A stretch of 64,000 nucleotides of DNA from a virus (Duplodnaviria; Heunggongvirae; Uroviricota; Caudoviricetes): IMG/VR virus record IMGVR_UViG_3300013902_000267, one strand, 5' to 3'. This document shows, piece after piece, positions 35,135 through 47,428 of this stretch (positions are counted from its first letter, which is position 1; each line of letters starts with the position of its first letter). Both the position numbers and the translations under genes were made by a program. Under the pieces are notes generated by a model. The model did no database searches. It was not told the DNA's origin and was given only the letters and a program-made list of their open reading frames with translations.

Positions 35135-36265
35135 ATGGATAGTAATATATTTGATACATCATCTTTGACAATTAAGAATATGTCGGATGATGAGTTTTAT
35201 GAAGAGACAACATCAAAATTGTCTGAGATATTACAACATGAATTTAGAGGAATTCCATATAAGCAACAAATAAAGAAAACCGTAGATGGCTTAAATTTTG
35301 CATGTCCATTTTGTGGTGATTCAGCAACAGATGTAAGAAAGAAAAGAGCTCATTTCATTCTCAAAGGAAATTGGTCTGGAAATTTCAAATGTTTCAATTG
35401 TGGAAAATTTATGAAGATTAATAATTTTTTCAGAGCATTTGATGTTCCGATGTCATTATCCGCAATATCTTATGTTAATGAACATGTAACTAATTTAACA
35501 CCATTCCATACGAATTCAAATGAAGTTACATCAGAAGTTTTAGATAAATCTTCTGTTATACAATATTCTGTAAAGAAAGAATATATTAAAAAATATTTAG
35601 GATTATATGAGATTGATAAGAATAATATAAATTCTGTAGAAGGATATAATTATTTAATAGATAGATGTCAATATAATTTTAATAATTTTTTATATGATCC
35701 AAGGGGGAAATATATAGTTATTTTAAATATAGTTGATACAGATAAAGTATTCGGTATTCAAATAAGAGATATAACAGGAAAGAAAAAAGCGAAGTATCTT
35801 ACTATGTCTTTATCAAAAATTCATAATAAGATATTAAAAGATGATATTGAAATACCGTCAAATGTAGAAGCATTATCAACTGTATTTAATATATTTAATA
35901 TTGATTTATATAGGCCTATTCTTGTTACAGAAGGTCCATTTGATGCATTTCTTTTACCAAATTGTATAGCAACGTCAGGAGCCTCTAAATCCATAGGAAT
36001 TGATTTACCATTTTGGTTTGTATATGATTCTGATAAAACTGGAAATGAACATGCGATGAAAATGTTAGAGAAAGGATATAATGTTTTTATGTGGGAGAAA
36101 CTAAAGAAAGATTTAGGATTACCAAATAAAAATCCATATTCATCTAATAAGTTTAAATGGGATATTAATGACGTGATTAAATGGTGTCGTGATAATAATT
36201 ATACACAAAAGATATATTGGTCTAAATATTTTTCTAATGATATGTTAGATGGATTAGACATTTGA
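35135..36265 (+). CDS. DNA primase, T4 gp61-like
   Basis: CPFCGDS..CFNCG zinc finger; TOPRIM VTEGPFDA and YDSD. Confidence 0.88.
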   Translation: MDSNIFDTSSLTIKNMSDDEFYEETTSKLSEILQHEFRGIPYKQQIKKTVDGLNFACPFCGDSATDVRKKRAHFILKGNWSGNFKCFNCGKFMKINNFFRAFDVPMSLSAISYVNEHVTNLTPFHTNSNEVTSEVLDKSSVIQYSVKKEYIKKYLGLYEIDKNNINSVEGYNYLIDRCQYNFNNFLYDPRGKYIVILNIVDTDKVFGIQIRDITGKKKAKYLTMSLSKIHNKILKDDIEIPSNVEALSTVFNIFNIDLYRPILVTEGPFDAFLLPNCIATSGASKSIGIDLPFWFVYDSDKTGNEHAMKMLEKGYNVFMWEKLKKDLGLPNKNPYSSNKFKWDINDVIKWCRDNNYTQKIYWSKYFSNDMLDGLDI

Positions 36266-36323
36266 TAATAATTATTATATAATATTTAAAAGTAATAACA
36301 TAAATTTTTAAATTGAATTAATT

Positions 36324-37346
36324 ATGAAGAAAGAGAATATTTCAGAACTCTTGTCTAACGCGGATCAGAAGTTGTTGAAATCTGTTAAGGATGAATTTGG
36401 TAAGTTGTCTAATGTAGACAAAAAGAAAGTTATCGATTCTACTAATAGTATTATGGATTCATTCTGTGATGTATTGGGTATAGAGAATAAGTATAAGGTA
36501 ACAGAAGATATGTTTACTGATTGTAAGGATAAGTGTAAAGATATTAAGTCTAAACTTAAGAATAAAAAAGAAGATCTCAAAGATCTTGCATCAGATACAC
36601 TTTCAAAACTTGGTATTTCTGATGAGTTTATTAAGAATTGGAAGATTGATGGAGATAAGATTTACATTGATGTTCAAATGCCTATTGAAGATGATAATGT
36701 TACAGATATTGATTTGAATGTTGATGATGGAGGAGTTTCTTATGATGATTCACTTTATACTAATATTAATAAGGATAATGATCCTGAATATGATGAAGCT
36801 GTAAAGCACGGAAAGATTAAAGAGGAAGATCATCCAGAATATTTTGATACTATAGGCGATGACGTAAATATTCCTAAGTATACACGTAAAAATAAAGTAA
36901 AGGATAAGAAATCTCGTAAGATTAAGTTTAAGAATAATCTTAATATGCAACAGGTAAAACCTGTAGTAGAGCAAGAACAAGTTAAACCGTCTGTTCTTGA
37001 TAGACTTAAATCTGAAGCAAAACCTGTTGAAAAGAAGAAAGAGATTGATTGGAATGAAATTAAGAAAATTCTTCTTGATAAGATTTGCGCAATTCTTGAG
37101 GATGAAAATACTCATGATTATGTTGTATATCCACGAGAAGGTAATATTCCTGCATCTGTTCAGGTTGATTTACATGAAGTTTGTTCATGTGTAGTGGATA
37201 ATTATAAAATTCTTGATGATATTGCAGAAGCACTTAAAGAAAAGTATGATTTTCCTGATGTATATATTCATGCAACAGAAGTAAAGGATTCATGTGATAA
37301 AGATTCAACAGTAACATTATCAGTGGTAATGACATTGGAAGATTAA
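36324..37346 (+). CDS. Hypothetical K/D-rich protein
   Basis: Track ORF. Confidence 0.75.
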   Translation: MKKENISELLSNADQKLLKSVKDEFGKLSNVDKKKVIDSTNSIMDSFCDVLGIENKYKVTEDMFTDCKDKCKDIKSKLKNKKEDLKDLASDTLSKLGISDEFIKNWKIDGDKIYIDVQMPIEDDNVTDIDLNVDDGGVSYDDSLYTNINKDNDPEYDEAVKHGKIKEEDHPEYFDTIGDDVNIPKYTRKNKVKDKKSRKIKFKNNLNMQQVKPVVEQEQVKPSVLDRLKSEAKPVEKKKEIDWNEIKKILLDKICAILEDENTHDYVVYPREGNIPASVQVDLHEVCSCVVDNYKILDDIAEALKEKYDFPDVYIHATEVKDSCDKDSTVTLSVVMTLED

Positions 37347-37491
37347 ATTCTTTCATACTATAATAATTGATGAGTTTAATGCTAACCTATTTTTATAGGT
37401 TAGCATTTTTTATTTTATACTGTTTTACTATCTTATAAATATAAAAATGTTTATAGTTATTATTCTAAATTTATTCAGTTAAGAATAATAG

Positions 37492-37498
37492 ATAAATA
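37492..37498 (+). promoter_or_regulatory. T4-like late promoter motif ATAAATA (representative copy)
   Basis: 33 nt before the sheath ATG; recurs 21-33 nt upstream of more than 10 genes. Confidence 0.6.
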
Positions 37499-37530
37499 AT
37501 AAAAAGAAAATTTATTTAATAAAACATAAT

Positions 37531-40500
37531 ATGGGAAAAATTTCTATTGACTTATCTACTATAAAATCAGCTGGTATTTATACTATAGAAATCGATAACT
37601 CACAGAGAGAAGTAACTAATCCTACTTCACTTCGTTTGTTACCTGGTTTTAATAACAAAGGTCCATTCAACCGTCCTGTATTCATGCAATATGAATCTGA
37701 ACGTCAGAAGATCTTTGGTGATATTGACAGTAAGCTTGAGTAGAAAGGTTGTTTCTTTAATAGAATGGCATAGACTATGCTTAAGGAAGGCCCTGTATTA
37801 GCTCTTAATTTATTGAAGGTTGATGAATCAATTGATGGTCCTGATTAGGTAAACTATGCAACTATGTCATTAGACTCATGTAAACCTAATCCTAAAGTTG
37901 TTAATGCAGGAAAGACATATGGTGAATACGATTATTAGGCGGAAACTATTGATAATAAGTTATATGGTACAACACAAGGTGCAGTAATTCCTTATGTAGG
38001 TAAAACTCCATATGCAAGTTTGTTTGACCGTGCTAGATTCTGGGTTCCTTCCAAGAATAATCTTCAAGGTGTTGCAGCTAATGGATTGTTAAGTAATGAT
38101 CAAGGTTCATATGAACATACGAACTTACTTAATTTTGCTAATACCGGTACAGATGAAATTTCAATTCTTGTTTATAAGCCTGAAAATATTACTGGTTATG
38201 ATGTAACTGCTAAAGAATGGTGGGGTGGTGATGAGAACATCCCTTATGGATGGATTCGTCCATCAGATTATATTTCTGATTATTTTATTCGAGTTGTTGC
38301 TATTAAAGGTAACTGGACAAATTATCCTGTTCTTGCGAGTGATCCTATTTGGAGTAAATATTTTGACAAAACAGGTGTAATTAAATCAAAAGTTTCATCT
38401 TTATGTTCAGCAGAAGGCGTAACATTTATTGGTTCTTGGACAGGTACTATTATTCCTGATTTTACTGATAAACAAGGTAATTACATGTATATTGAATCAA
38501 AGGTAAATGCTAATACAGAACGTACTGGCCTTTTGATGTCTGTTAATGAAGATGCTCTTCAAGTTATTTCATATGATAAGAATGGCGTTGATGTTGAGAC
38601 AGGTAATGAAAACGGTACAGGTACATGGGTATTTGATTTCGATGGAAATAAACAAGCAGAATCAGAACTTGGAGAAAGTGAGATTAACGAGTCAGGGTAT
38701 CTTGTTGATATGGTTGGACATAATCTTCAGACAGGTATTTATTCAGATAATTATTATTTGAATCTTGCACATCCGCAAAGCGATATGAGTGCGTCAGATA
38801 TAGAAAATGCAGGTATAGTTGTACCTTCATATTATTTCCAAAAGACACAAGCATTTGATCCAGACATTAAAGACCCTACGTTTAATAGTCAGAAAGCATG
38901 GTGCTTATCATTTAATGGTAGAGAAACTGCAAATTTAACAGATGATGTAGTACCATCAGCATTAGTTAGAGTTTTATATGCAAACAATGATAAACCAATG
39001 AAGGCATTTGCCATTTATAATACAAAAACTAATTAGCCAGTTAAAGCAAAAAATAGCAGATATGGAGCGAACTTTTATATTATATTAGACGAAAATAGTA
39101 TAAATAAGTTTAAAACATCCACTGGTGATACATTAACAAATTTAATAAAAGACAAGTTTGTTTATGCGCAACCAAATTTAAATGTTTCATATAATATAAA
39201 AGATAAAGTTTATAAATTAGATTCAACAGGAAAGAAATTTACAACAAATCAAGCTATTGTTTCTGATGTTATATCAACAGATGATAAATCATTATTTATT
39301 AAGGAAGTACCAGTCGTAAAAGATACTAATGATATTTACGTATATGAAGATAAAACTTTGTATTATGGTACATATGCAATTCCTTCTGTTGAAAATGAAT
39401 CAGTACAATTATTTGCTGTAATTGGCGGTAATAAAGCTAATGCTTATGCAGTTATCAGAGATATTGATACAATAACAACAAGTACACAAGGAAATAAATT
39501 AGAAAAAGTTTCAATTACTAATTTTAAAGATCATAAAACAGATTCATTTACAAATGCAACAGCTGGAGGATATACTTTCAGTTATGGTGGTAATGATTAC
39601 TTCATTAGAGGTTTGGAGCAAGTGGATACATTATTCAATAATAAGAATCTCATGTATAAACTTGTTAAATCTGATACTCCTACATATTTCGGTGTAAACT
39701 TCTTATCATATAATTATATAACAGAACATATTAATGAAGTTGTTTCTAATGTATATCATGCATGTTATTTCAATGGTTATACAAATAATTCTGAAACTTC
39801 TGAAAAAATTAATTTGGTTTATAATGATTTATATGATAATGATGCAGTTCCTGTAACAGATACTAATTTAAATTCATTTATCATTACGGATGATAATGAA
39901 GCAAGTAATATTTCAGTTGGTGATTACGTTAATAACATTTCATTCTATAATAATCAAGGTGAAGCAGAAAAATATAATTTGATTCCAGGTATTACAAGAG
40001 TTATTACAAAAGTATTTATTAACGTTGATGCTCGAAATGAATTTAATTATAAAGGTACTAAATATCATATTAATGTTAGTAAAACTAGTGACGGTAATTT
40101 GATTGAAACAAAATCTGGTAAACGCGGTTTCTATTTGTTCACTACATTAGACCCTGTTTATATTAGTAAGACTAATTATGTTATTCGCTAGAAAGCTATT
40201 ACAAATGATGTGATTTCACATAACTTAAAGTTTATTCCACTTAAAGGTTTACATATTTCTGCTAAGCACCGTCCAGGTTTTGATGAATATGGTAAACTTG
40301 ATATTGAAGGAGGTATTGAGAAGATTTATTCAATGCTCGAGGACGACGGAATTCACAGAGGTCTTTGTAATCCTAATATGGTTGATTATCGTTATATCGT
40401 TGATTCAATGTCATATGGTTTATCAAATGAAATGGGTGGTAAGAAATACCTTGCAATTCTCGCTAAAGATCGTATGAAGACAACAGCATTGCTTAATCTT

Positions 40501-41292
40501 CCATCTAAGAGACAGTTTGAACTTTCTATAGATCCATGTTTCTGCGATACTTATGATTAGGGTGTTTATACAAAACCTTCATTCGATACTAAGTATATTC
40601 CTCAAGGTGGTAATACTGATATGTATTCAACTACAATGTTTACACTTCCTACAGAAGATGATGGTTCTAAGTTCGCAGCAGCTTTCTGGCCTCACTTAGT
40701 ATATAATGTAAACGGTAGAAAGATTAATGTTCCACCAGCAGCTGATGTATGTAACGTGCTTATCCGTAAGTTCAACGGAGGTGATCCTTATGTAATTGCA
40801 GCTAATAGAAACGGTATCATTAGAAATTCTGATGTTTCTGGTATTGAGTTTAATGCAGATACTACAGATAGAAATTATCTTGAACCATTCGGAGTTAATA
40901 CAATTATTCAGGAAGGTAATAATATACTTATCTACGGTAATCAAACATGTTATCAAACAACAAAGAGTGATTTCAATAAGTTACATGTTCGCGAGAACCT
41001 TAATACTCTTGAAATTGCATGTGAGGATGTTCTTAAGCAATATAACTTCTTGTATAACACTCCAGCAGTTCGTGCTTCAGTTGTTACTGCGCTTACTCCA
41101 ATTCTCGAAACTATGAAATTGTCTAATGCGATTGAAAGTTATGAAATCGTATGTGATGAGTCAAACAACACACCGGACATCATAGCAGAAGATTTTGGAA
41201 TAGTGGACATAAGTGTTATAATGTCACATGGAATGGAACGCATTGTCCAAAGAATTACGTTGAATCGTAGAGATACATTACAAAATTCATAA
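37531..41292 (+). CDS. Tail sheath protein (gp18-like), 1253 aa
   Basis: Five track ORFs in one frame joined by 7 TAGs; SAGIYTIEID N-terminus; PPAA, NRNG, GNQT, LHVR C-terminal sheath motifs. Confidence 0.88.
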
Positions 41293-41298
41293 TATATT

Positions 41299-41331
41299 TA
41301 AATAGGTTAGAATTATATATTCTAACCTATT
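41299..41331 (+). terminator. Terminator after the sheath gene
   Basis: aaataggttagaat / attctaacctattt. Confidence 0.8.
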
Positions 41332-41398
41332 TTTTATTTTTAATCTTTTTATATAACTTTTTCCATAATTTATTATATAATATATAAATATTAAAATT

Positions 41399-43222
41399 TT
41401 GTCAATGAATGATAATTTAATAATACAGCGATTTATAACAAGTAAAGATAAAATTAATCCTCATTATAAACAAATTATAAATAGTAATCAAGAAATAAAA
41501 AATTATTTAGATAATCGTTATACTGATGGTAATGATGATTATTGCGAAACATTATATAGAATTCAACATCATATAGAAACACATCCAGTATGTCCAAATT
41601 GTGGGAAATATGTTAGATATATAAATGGAACGGGCTATAGAGAATCATGTTCAGTAAGTTGTAGTAAAAAATATATAAAAGAAAAAAGTAATAATATTAT
41701 TACAGATGATATAATTAAAAATGATTATTTAGAGAATAATAAGATAAACACAAATAAATTACAAATTAAATATATTAAAGAACATGGATATGAGAATTAT
41801 TTATTAAATAGATATAAAGATACTAAAAATTTTGGGGAAGTAATTTATAGAATATGTAATAATATATTTGAAATACCCAAGTGTAAAGTATGTAATAAAC
41901 AAGTAAAATTTTTAAGTTTAATAAATGGTTATGATGATGTATGTTCAGATAGATGTAAAAATATTTCATTATTACCAGAAATAACTGATGATTATATAAA
42001 ATCATTAGATAAGAAAGGCGGTTTATTTAAAGGTATATGGTATGGTCATGATAAAATTGAGGAATATTTAAAAAATAAGTTTAAAGAAGAATATAGGTCA
42101 TATGATGAAGCAATTTATATGGTATTAGAAAATTTAAAACATATTCCAAGATGCCCAGTTTGTGGGAAACTTTTAATGTTTAAAAAAGATAGATCTCAGT
42201 TTAGTAGTAGATTTATGAAATATTGTTCACATGAATGTCAATCAATAGGTAAACGTTTAAAAACAATTAATAAGATAAAAAAATTAACAGGGTTTAATAT
42301 TGAGTTAATTAATAACAATCAATATAAATTTATTAATGTATGTGATATTCATAAAGAATTCATTTTAACACATGATCAATTTCATAATAGGTGTTCAACG
42401 ACAAGATATATGTATGGAGTATTATGTCCAATTTGTAATCCTGAAAGAAATCCACAAACTTCTATTGAAACTATTATGAAAGATATATTAGATAATTTAA
42501 AAATAAATTATATTCAACATGATAGAAAAATAATAGTTCCAAAAGAATTGGATTTTTATTTACCTGATTATAAAATAGGAATAGAATGTAATGGCACATA
42601 TTGGCACAGTACAGATAAAAAAGATAAAGATTATCATATAAACAAATATAATTTATGTAAAGATAAAGATATACAATTATTATCGTTTTGGGAATATGAT
42701 ATTAAACATAATGAAAGTTTTATTACTAATATTCTAAAGATATATACAGATAAAATAGATAATTATATTATATTAAATAATAATTATGAAATTAAGTCTA
42801 TTGATAATAAAACATATAAGAATTTTTTAAAAACTTATGATTTGGATAGAAATAATAAAAGAGTTTCTGAAAAGTATGGATTATTTGTAAATGATAAATT
42901 AATATATGTTATAGGATTTAATTATAATAAAACAAATATGCATATTATTAAAATATGTTCAAGGTATAATTATTATATAAATGATATTATATATTATTTT
43001 ATAAAGTTTTTAAAATATGATAATAAAATAATTATAGATGTTAATAATGATATTGGTGATATTTATAATATAAAGAAATATAGTAATTATTTAAAAACTG
43101 TTGATAATTATACAGAATTTAAAGTTAAGAAAGATGATACAGTATTAGCAAAAAAGAATGATAAATTTATAGTAAAATGTTATGGTAGTGGAATAATACA
43201 ATATGAATTTAATAAATGTTAA
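41399..43222 (+). CDS. Free-standing homing-endonuclease-like protein (repeated CPxCG zinc modules plus Vsr/PD-(D/E)xK domain)
   Basis: CPNCGK, CKVCNK, CPVCGK repeats; LDFYLPDYKIGIECNGTYWH. Confidence 0.7.
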   Translation: MSMNDNLIIQRFITSKDKINPHYKQIINSNQEIKNYLDNRYTDGNDDYCETLYRIQHHIETHPVCPNCGKYVRYINGTGYRESCSVSCSKKYIKEKSNNIITDDIIKNDYLENNKINTNKLQIKYIKEHGYENYLLNRYKDTKNFGEVIYRICNNIFEIPKCKVCNKQVKFLSLINGYDDVCSDRCKNISLLPEITDDYIKSLDKKGGLFKGIWYGHDKIEEYLKNKFKEEYRSYDEAIYMVLENLKHIPRCPVCGKLLMFKKDRSQFSSRFMKYCSHECQSIGKRLKTINKIKKLTGFNIELINNNQYKFINVCDIHKEFILTHDQFHNRCSTTRYMYGVLCPICNPERNPQTSIETIMKDILDNLKINYIQHDRKIIVPKELDFYLPDYKIGIECNGTYWHSTDKKDKDYHINKYNLCKDKDIQLLSFWEYDIKHNESFITNILKIYTDKIDNYIILNNNYEIKSIDNKTYKNFLKTYDLDRNNKRVSEKYGLFVNDKLIYVIGFNYNKTNMHIIKICSRYNYYINDIIYYFIKFLKYDNKIIIDVNNDIGDIYNIKKYSNYLKTVDNYTEFKVKKDDTVLAKKNDKFIVKCYGSGIIQYEFNKC

Positions 43223-43274
43223 TTTATGAACTATTGTATATTTTTATTATATAGTAATATAGAGTTATTAAATA

Positions 43275-43751
43275 ATGAAGGTTATGAAGACAAATATTAA
43301 TATAAAGAATAAGAAAGCATATTTTGATTATACTTTTATAGAGACATTTATAGCAGGTATTATATTAACAGGAACAGAGATTAAATCTATAAGGCAAGGT
43401 AAAGCATCTCTTGTAGATACATTCTGTTATGTTAAAGATAATAGGGAAGTATGGATGACAAATTCTTATATAGCACCATATGAAAATAGTGGATATATTA
43501 AACATGAAGAAAGACGTCAGAGAAAACTTCTTCTGAATAAGAATGAGATTAAAAGATTATATAGAGAAACAAGAATTCCGGGTATTACAATTGTTCCTGT
43601 GAGAATGTTTATAAATGAAAGAGGATTATGTAAAGTAGAGATTGCTTTATGTAAAGGTAAAAAAGAATATGATAAGAGAGATTCTATTAAGGAAAAAGAT
43701 AATAAGAGAAATCTTGATAGAGTTATGAAGAATTATACATATGTTAATTAA
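43275..43751 (+). CDS. smpB: SsrA-binding protein SmpB
   Basis: [35 protein letters not shown]. Confidence 0.97.
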   Translation: MKVMKTNINIKNKKAYFDYTFIETFIAGIILTGTEIKSIRQGKASLVDTFCYVKDNREVWMTNSYIAPYENSGYIKHEERRQRKLLLNKNEIKRLYRETRIPGITIVPVRMFINERGLCKVEIALCKGKKEYDKRDSIKEKDNKRNLDRVMKNYTYVN

Positions 43752-43821
43752 ATTATAGAATATCATATTGTAATATTAGTTAATTGATAAATATATTAAA
43801 GTATATTTTTCTAATCTAATC

Positions 43822-44727
43822 ATGAAATATATAAAATTATGTGGTACTAAAAAAGCATTAGACGAAACAATATGTTCAATTAAACATGGAGATGGCGCTT
43901 ATGTATTTAATGTAAAGAATACATTAGATAATTTAACATTTTATAATGAAATACATCCAGGACCAAACTGTATACATGTTGAAAATATAAATATGAAGCC
44001 ATTAAAGATTGATTCATCATCAATTAAATAGAATTTTGAAATTGGAGATGTTTTATATTCAACACTTGATGGTAAATTAACATTAGATGAAACAACAGAT
44101 GATAAGAAAAATATAGCTATTGCTATTTGTGTAATTCCTTCTGTTTTGGAAAATTTTGAAAAAGGTGATCAATCAGATGACGCTGTTGAAACTGCACGAT
44201 TTATTGCTCTTGAATATATGACATATGATATAGAGCATCTTGAGTTAACAAGAAATACTGATTAGGAAAATCGAAAAATAATGTTTGGTAATTATAGTGT
44301 AACAATAGGAAATAGATATGGAGATAAAACTTCATGTGTTGGTGGTAAAATAAATACATAGAAATGTTTAGATAAGTCATATAATTAGGATTCACGTTTA
44401 TGTAATGGAATTACTAATAATCCTGGTGCTGGATATTGTCCAGCAGCATGTTCTTGTGTTGCATATTCAACAATAGGTACAAAACCAGGAGATTGGTATT
44501 TACCTTCACCTGGTGAAATGACAGCGTTTATTAATAATAAAACACTTATAAATAATAAGAAGAAATAGTTAAACGGAACTACATTTGGTAATTATTATTA
44601 TTGGACTTGCTTAGAGTATAATAATAATTATAATTATTATGTACATTTTAGTGATCCAACGCCACGCTGGCAAGGTGCGAAAAATGTAACTGCACATGTT
44701 ATTTCTTTTTTATCAGTTTCATTATAA
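43822..44727 (+). CDS. C-type-lectin-fold (DUF1566-like) protein, 301 aa
   Basis: DWYLPSPGE..YYWTCLE motifs after TAG readthrough. Confidence 0.65.
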
Positions 44728-44805
44728 TATAATTTTATGTAATATATTAAAACTAAAATCTAATTTTACAGTATAAATTATTGTAAAATTAGATTTTTTA
44801 TTTTT

Positions 44806-45696
44806 ATGGAAAAGTATAATGTATTCCTTGGAGGAACATGTGCGGAATCTACATGGAGAGATTAGTTAATACCTATGTTGGATTAGTATAACATAACATA
44901 TTTTAACCCTGTAGTTGATGATTGGACAGAAGAATGTCAGGTAATCGAGAATTGGCATAAAGAGAACGATGATTATAATTTGTTTGTAATTACGAAAGAA
45001 ATGCAAGGTTGTTTCTCCATTGCAGAAGTTGTTGATTTATCTAATAAGAAACCCGCATAGACTTTATTCTGCGTCTTATATGATGGAATGGAAAAGTTTA
45101 TGGTTAAATCATGTAAAGCTACATCTGATCTTGTTAAAAAGAATGGAGGAATTATATTAGATACATTGGAAGATATTGCAGATTATCTTAATGGGAAGAT
45201 TAACCAAACAACAGATAATGATATGTTTGAATATACTAATATACAAGAGATTAAACCAGATTCCGAGGTTCAAGATATTAATGATGAATTTAATGATGTT
45301 CCAAAGATATTTCTTGCAGGAACAATAGATATGGGAAATTCAGTAGATTGGTAGAATTATCTTTGTAAATTCCTTGATGAACATAATAAGAGATGCGTGA
45401 TATTTAATCCTCGAAGAAATGTTTGGTCTGATAATAAATCGGATGAATTCGAATATCAAGTTAATTGGGAATTAAATCATCTTGAAGAATCTGATATTAT
45501 ATTGATGAATATTTTAGGAACAAGTAAATCTCCTATTACATTATTGGAGATGGGATTGTTTATGAAATCAGGGAAGTTGGTAGTTATATGTGAAAAAGAT
45601 TTTTATAGATATGGTAATGTTGAAATAACATGTCATAAATATAATGTTCCGTTATATAATAATTTAGAGGAATATCTAAATAATAATATAAATTAA
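44806..45696 (+). CDS. Tandem nucleoside 2-deoxyribosyltransferase-like domains, 296 aa
   Basis: VFLGGT..WR..FNPVV..W and IFLAGT..W..FNPRR..QVNWE..SPITLLEMG; joined by TAG readthrough. Confidence 0.75.
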
Positions 45697-45698
45697 TT

Positions 45699-46724
45699 AT
45701 GAAAAAACTTAATATTAAGAAGATATTAAAGAATACATGGTTATGTATTAAATATCCATTTTTGTATCCAAGAAATAGATTTACAGATGAACATTATAAT
45801 AATAGAAAAATATCAAATAAAATTTGGGATTTAAGAAATAATGGTATTAAAACAATATCAATAAAAGTATTAAAAGAAGATGATTTTAATAACGAATTAA
45901 AATCATTATTAGCAAAAAAAGATAATGTTGATAGGAAAACTACAATATCTTTTGATTATAAAGGTTCCAATATAACATTAAGACATCATAATATTCCAAA
46001 TTGTTCTATAGAGTTAACAGTAATTCGTGATGGTAAAGAAATATATAATACTATATATAAGTTAGATGAATATCATATTATATATAATGCATTATTTTAT
46101 ATAACAACAAGGAAAACATTATCAGGTGATATTATAAATCCTGTTATATATGTTTCAGTTAAATCAATAGATGATGCAAAAGATAATCTATTTAAATATG
46201 TAACCCTTAATATAATTAAATATGCAAATATTAAATTATATCTATATAAAAAATTAAATTCATTTTTAGGATTATTCCATATATTACCATCTTATACAGA
46301 ATTAGATTCATTAGATAAAGGATGGAGAATAAGATTTGGTGAAGATATATGTAAAGACATAAGGAATAGTTTATTGCATACATATACTAAAGAAATTAAA
46401 AATAAAATTTCTATTTCTTATATAATAGCATATGTAAAAGGAATACGTATGTTATTGAATTACAGGATTGAACAGATTAAAGAGAAATACGGAGGTCTCC
46501 GTTGGTATTCTAATGGAGATACAGAAGAAATACATAATATTATAAACAAATATGAAACTATTTCTTATAATACATGTATAGTATGCGGTAAACCTGCAAA
46601 ATATATAACTAAAGGATGGATTTGTCCTTATTGTGAAGAACATGTTCCAGATAAAGATAGAGCAAGTTTAATAAAAAAAGGTGAAACTCCATATGAAACT
46701 ATTAATAATGAAAATCCTTTTTAA
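45699..46724 (+). CDS. Hypothetical protein with C-terminal CxxCG..CxxC
   Basis: Track ORF. Confidence 0.7.
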   Translation: MKKLNIKKILKNTWLCIKYPFLYPRNRFTDEHYNNRKISNKIWDLRNNGIKTISIKVLKEDDFNNELKSLLAKKDNVDRKTTISFDYKGSNITLRHHNIPNCSIELTVIRDGKEIYNTIYKLDEYHIIYNALFYITTRKTLSGDIINPVIYVSVKSIDDAKDNLFKYVTLNIIKYANIKLYLYKKLNSFLGLFHILPSYTELDSLDKGWRIRFGEDICKDIRNSLLHTYTKEIKNKISISYIIAYVKGIRMLLNYRIEQIKEKYGGLRWYSNGDTEEIHNIINKYETISYNTCIVCGKPAKYITKGWICPYCEEHVPDKDRASLIKKGETPYETINNENPF

Positions 46725-46726
46725 TT

Positions 46727-47284
46727 ATGAGTAATAAGATTTTAAAATTACCGGGAAATGTATATTATGAAGTTGTTTCAAATAATGAGAAAAACTGTGA
46801 TAATTGTTCATTTGCTGGAAATTGTGGAAATTGTTGGTTAACATGTAACGGTTATCAGTGTGATATAGATAATAAGAAATTTATATATCGACGATTACCA
46901 GATTTATTTAGTGGTTATCAAAATGATGATAATTATAAACAGATATTAGATATTGTAGAAAATACAAAGGTAAATGATTTTCTATCAGAACAAGAACAAG
47001 ATATGATTAAGTTGGTTATTAATACATATCTTAAACATGATGAACATTATCTCGTGAAAGATGGTAGAATTCTCTATAACAAGACTTTTGCATTGAGGCT
47101 ATATAATTTCTTATCTGATATAAAATCGGATGATACAGAAGAAATAAACAAGCTTAATGGAAGTGTTTCATTTGCTAAGGGATTATTGAATTTACAATTG
47201 AAAACTTGTACAGATGAAAAAGAGTTTGATTATTTCAAGAATGTTGGGTTGTGTGATGAGAATAATAATGTTAAATTAGTCTGA
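46727..47284 (+). CDS. Hypothetical protein, Cys-rich N-terminus
   Basis: Track ORF. Confidence 0.65.
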   Translation: MSNKILKLPGNVYYEVVSNNEKNCDNCSFAGNCGNCWLTCNGYQCDIDNKKFIYRRLPDLFSGYQNDDNYKQILDIVENTKVNDFLSEQEQDMIKLVINTYLKHDEHYLVKDGRILYNKTFALRLYNFLSDIKSDDTEEINKLNGSVSFAKGLLNLQLKTCTDEKEFDYFKNVGLCDENNNVKLV

Positions 47285-47290
47285 TATATT

Positions 47291-47428
47291 ATGGAAGAAA
47301 TAATGGATGCATTACGGATAAAGGATAATAAATCCGTAAAGGTTAAAAGAATGTCAAAAATTCAATGGATTGATATAGAAACAAATGAAACTTATTTGCT
47401 TCATATAGATATTGAGCTTTTATATTGA
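47291..47428 (+). CDS. Small hypothetical protein, 45 aa
   Basis: ATG 6 nt after the upstream stop. Confidence 0.5.
   Translation: MEEIMDALRIKDNKSVKVKRMSKIQWIDIETNETYLLHIDIELLY

Noticed and set aside
11113-41292. Fragmented sheath, ATPase, SbcC, gp5 and endolysin as pseudogenes or intron-split genes
   Set aside because: All breaks are in-frame TAG with no frameshift or intervening sequence, which recoding explains.
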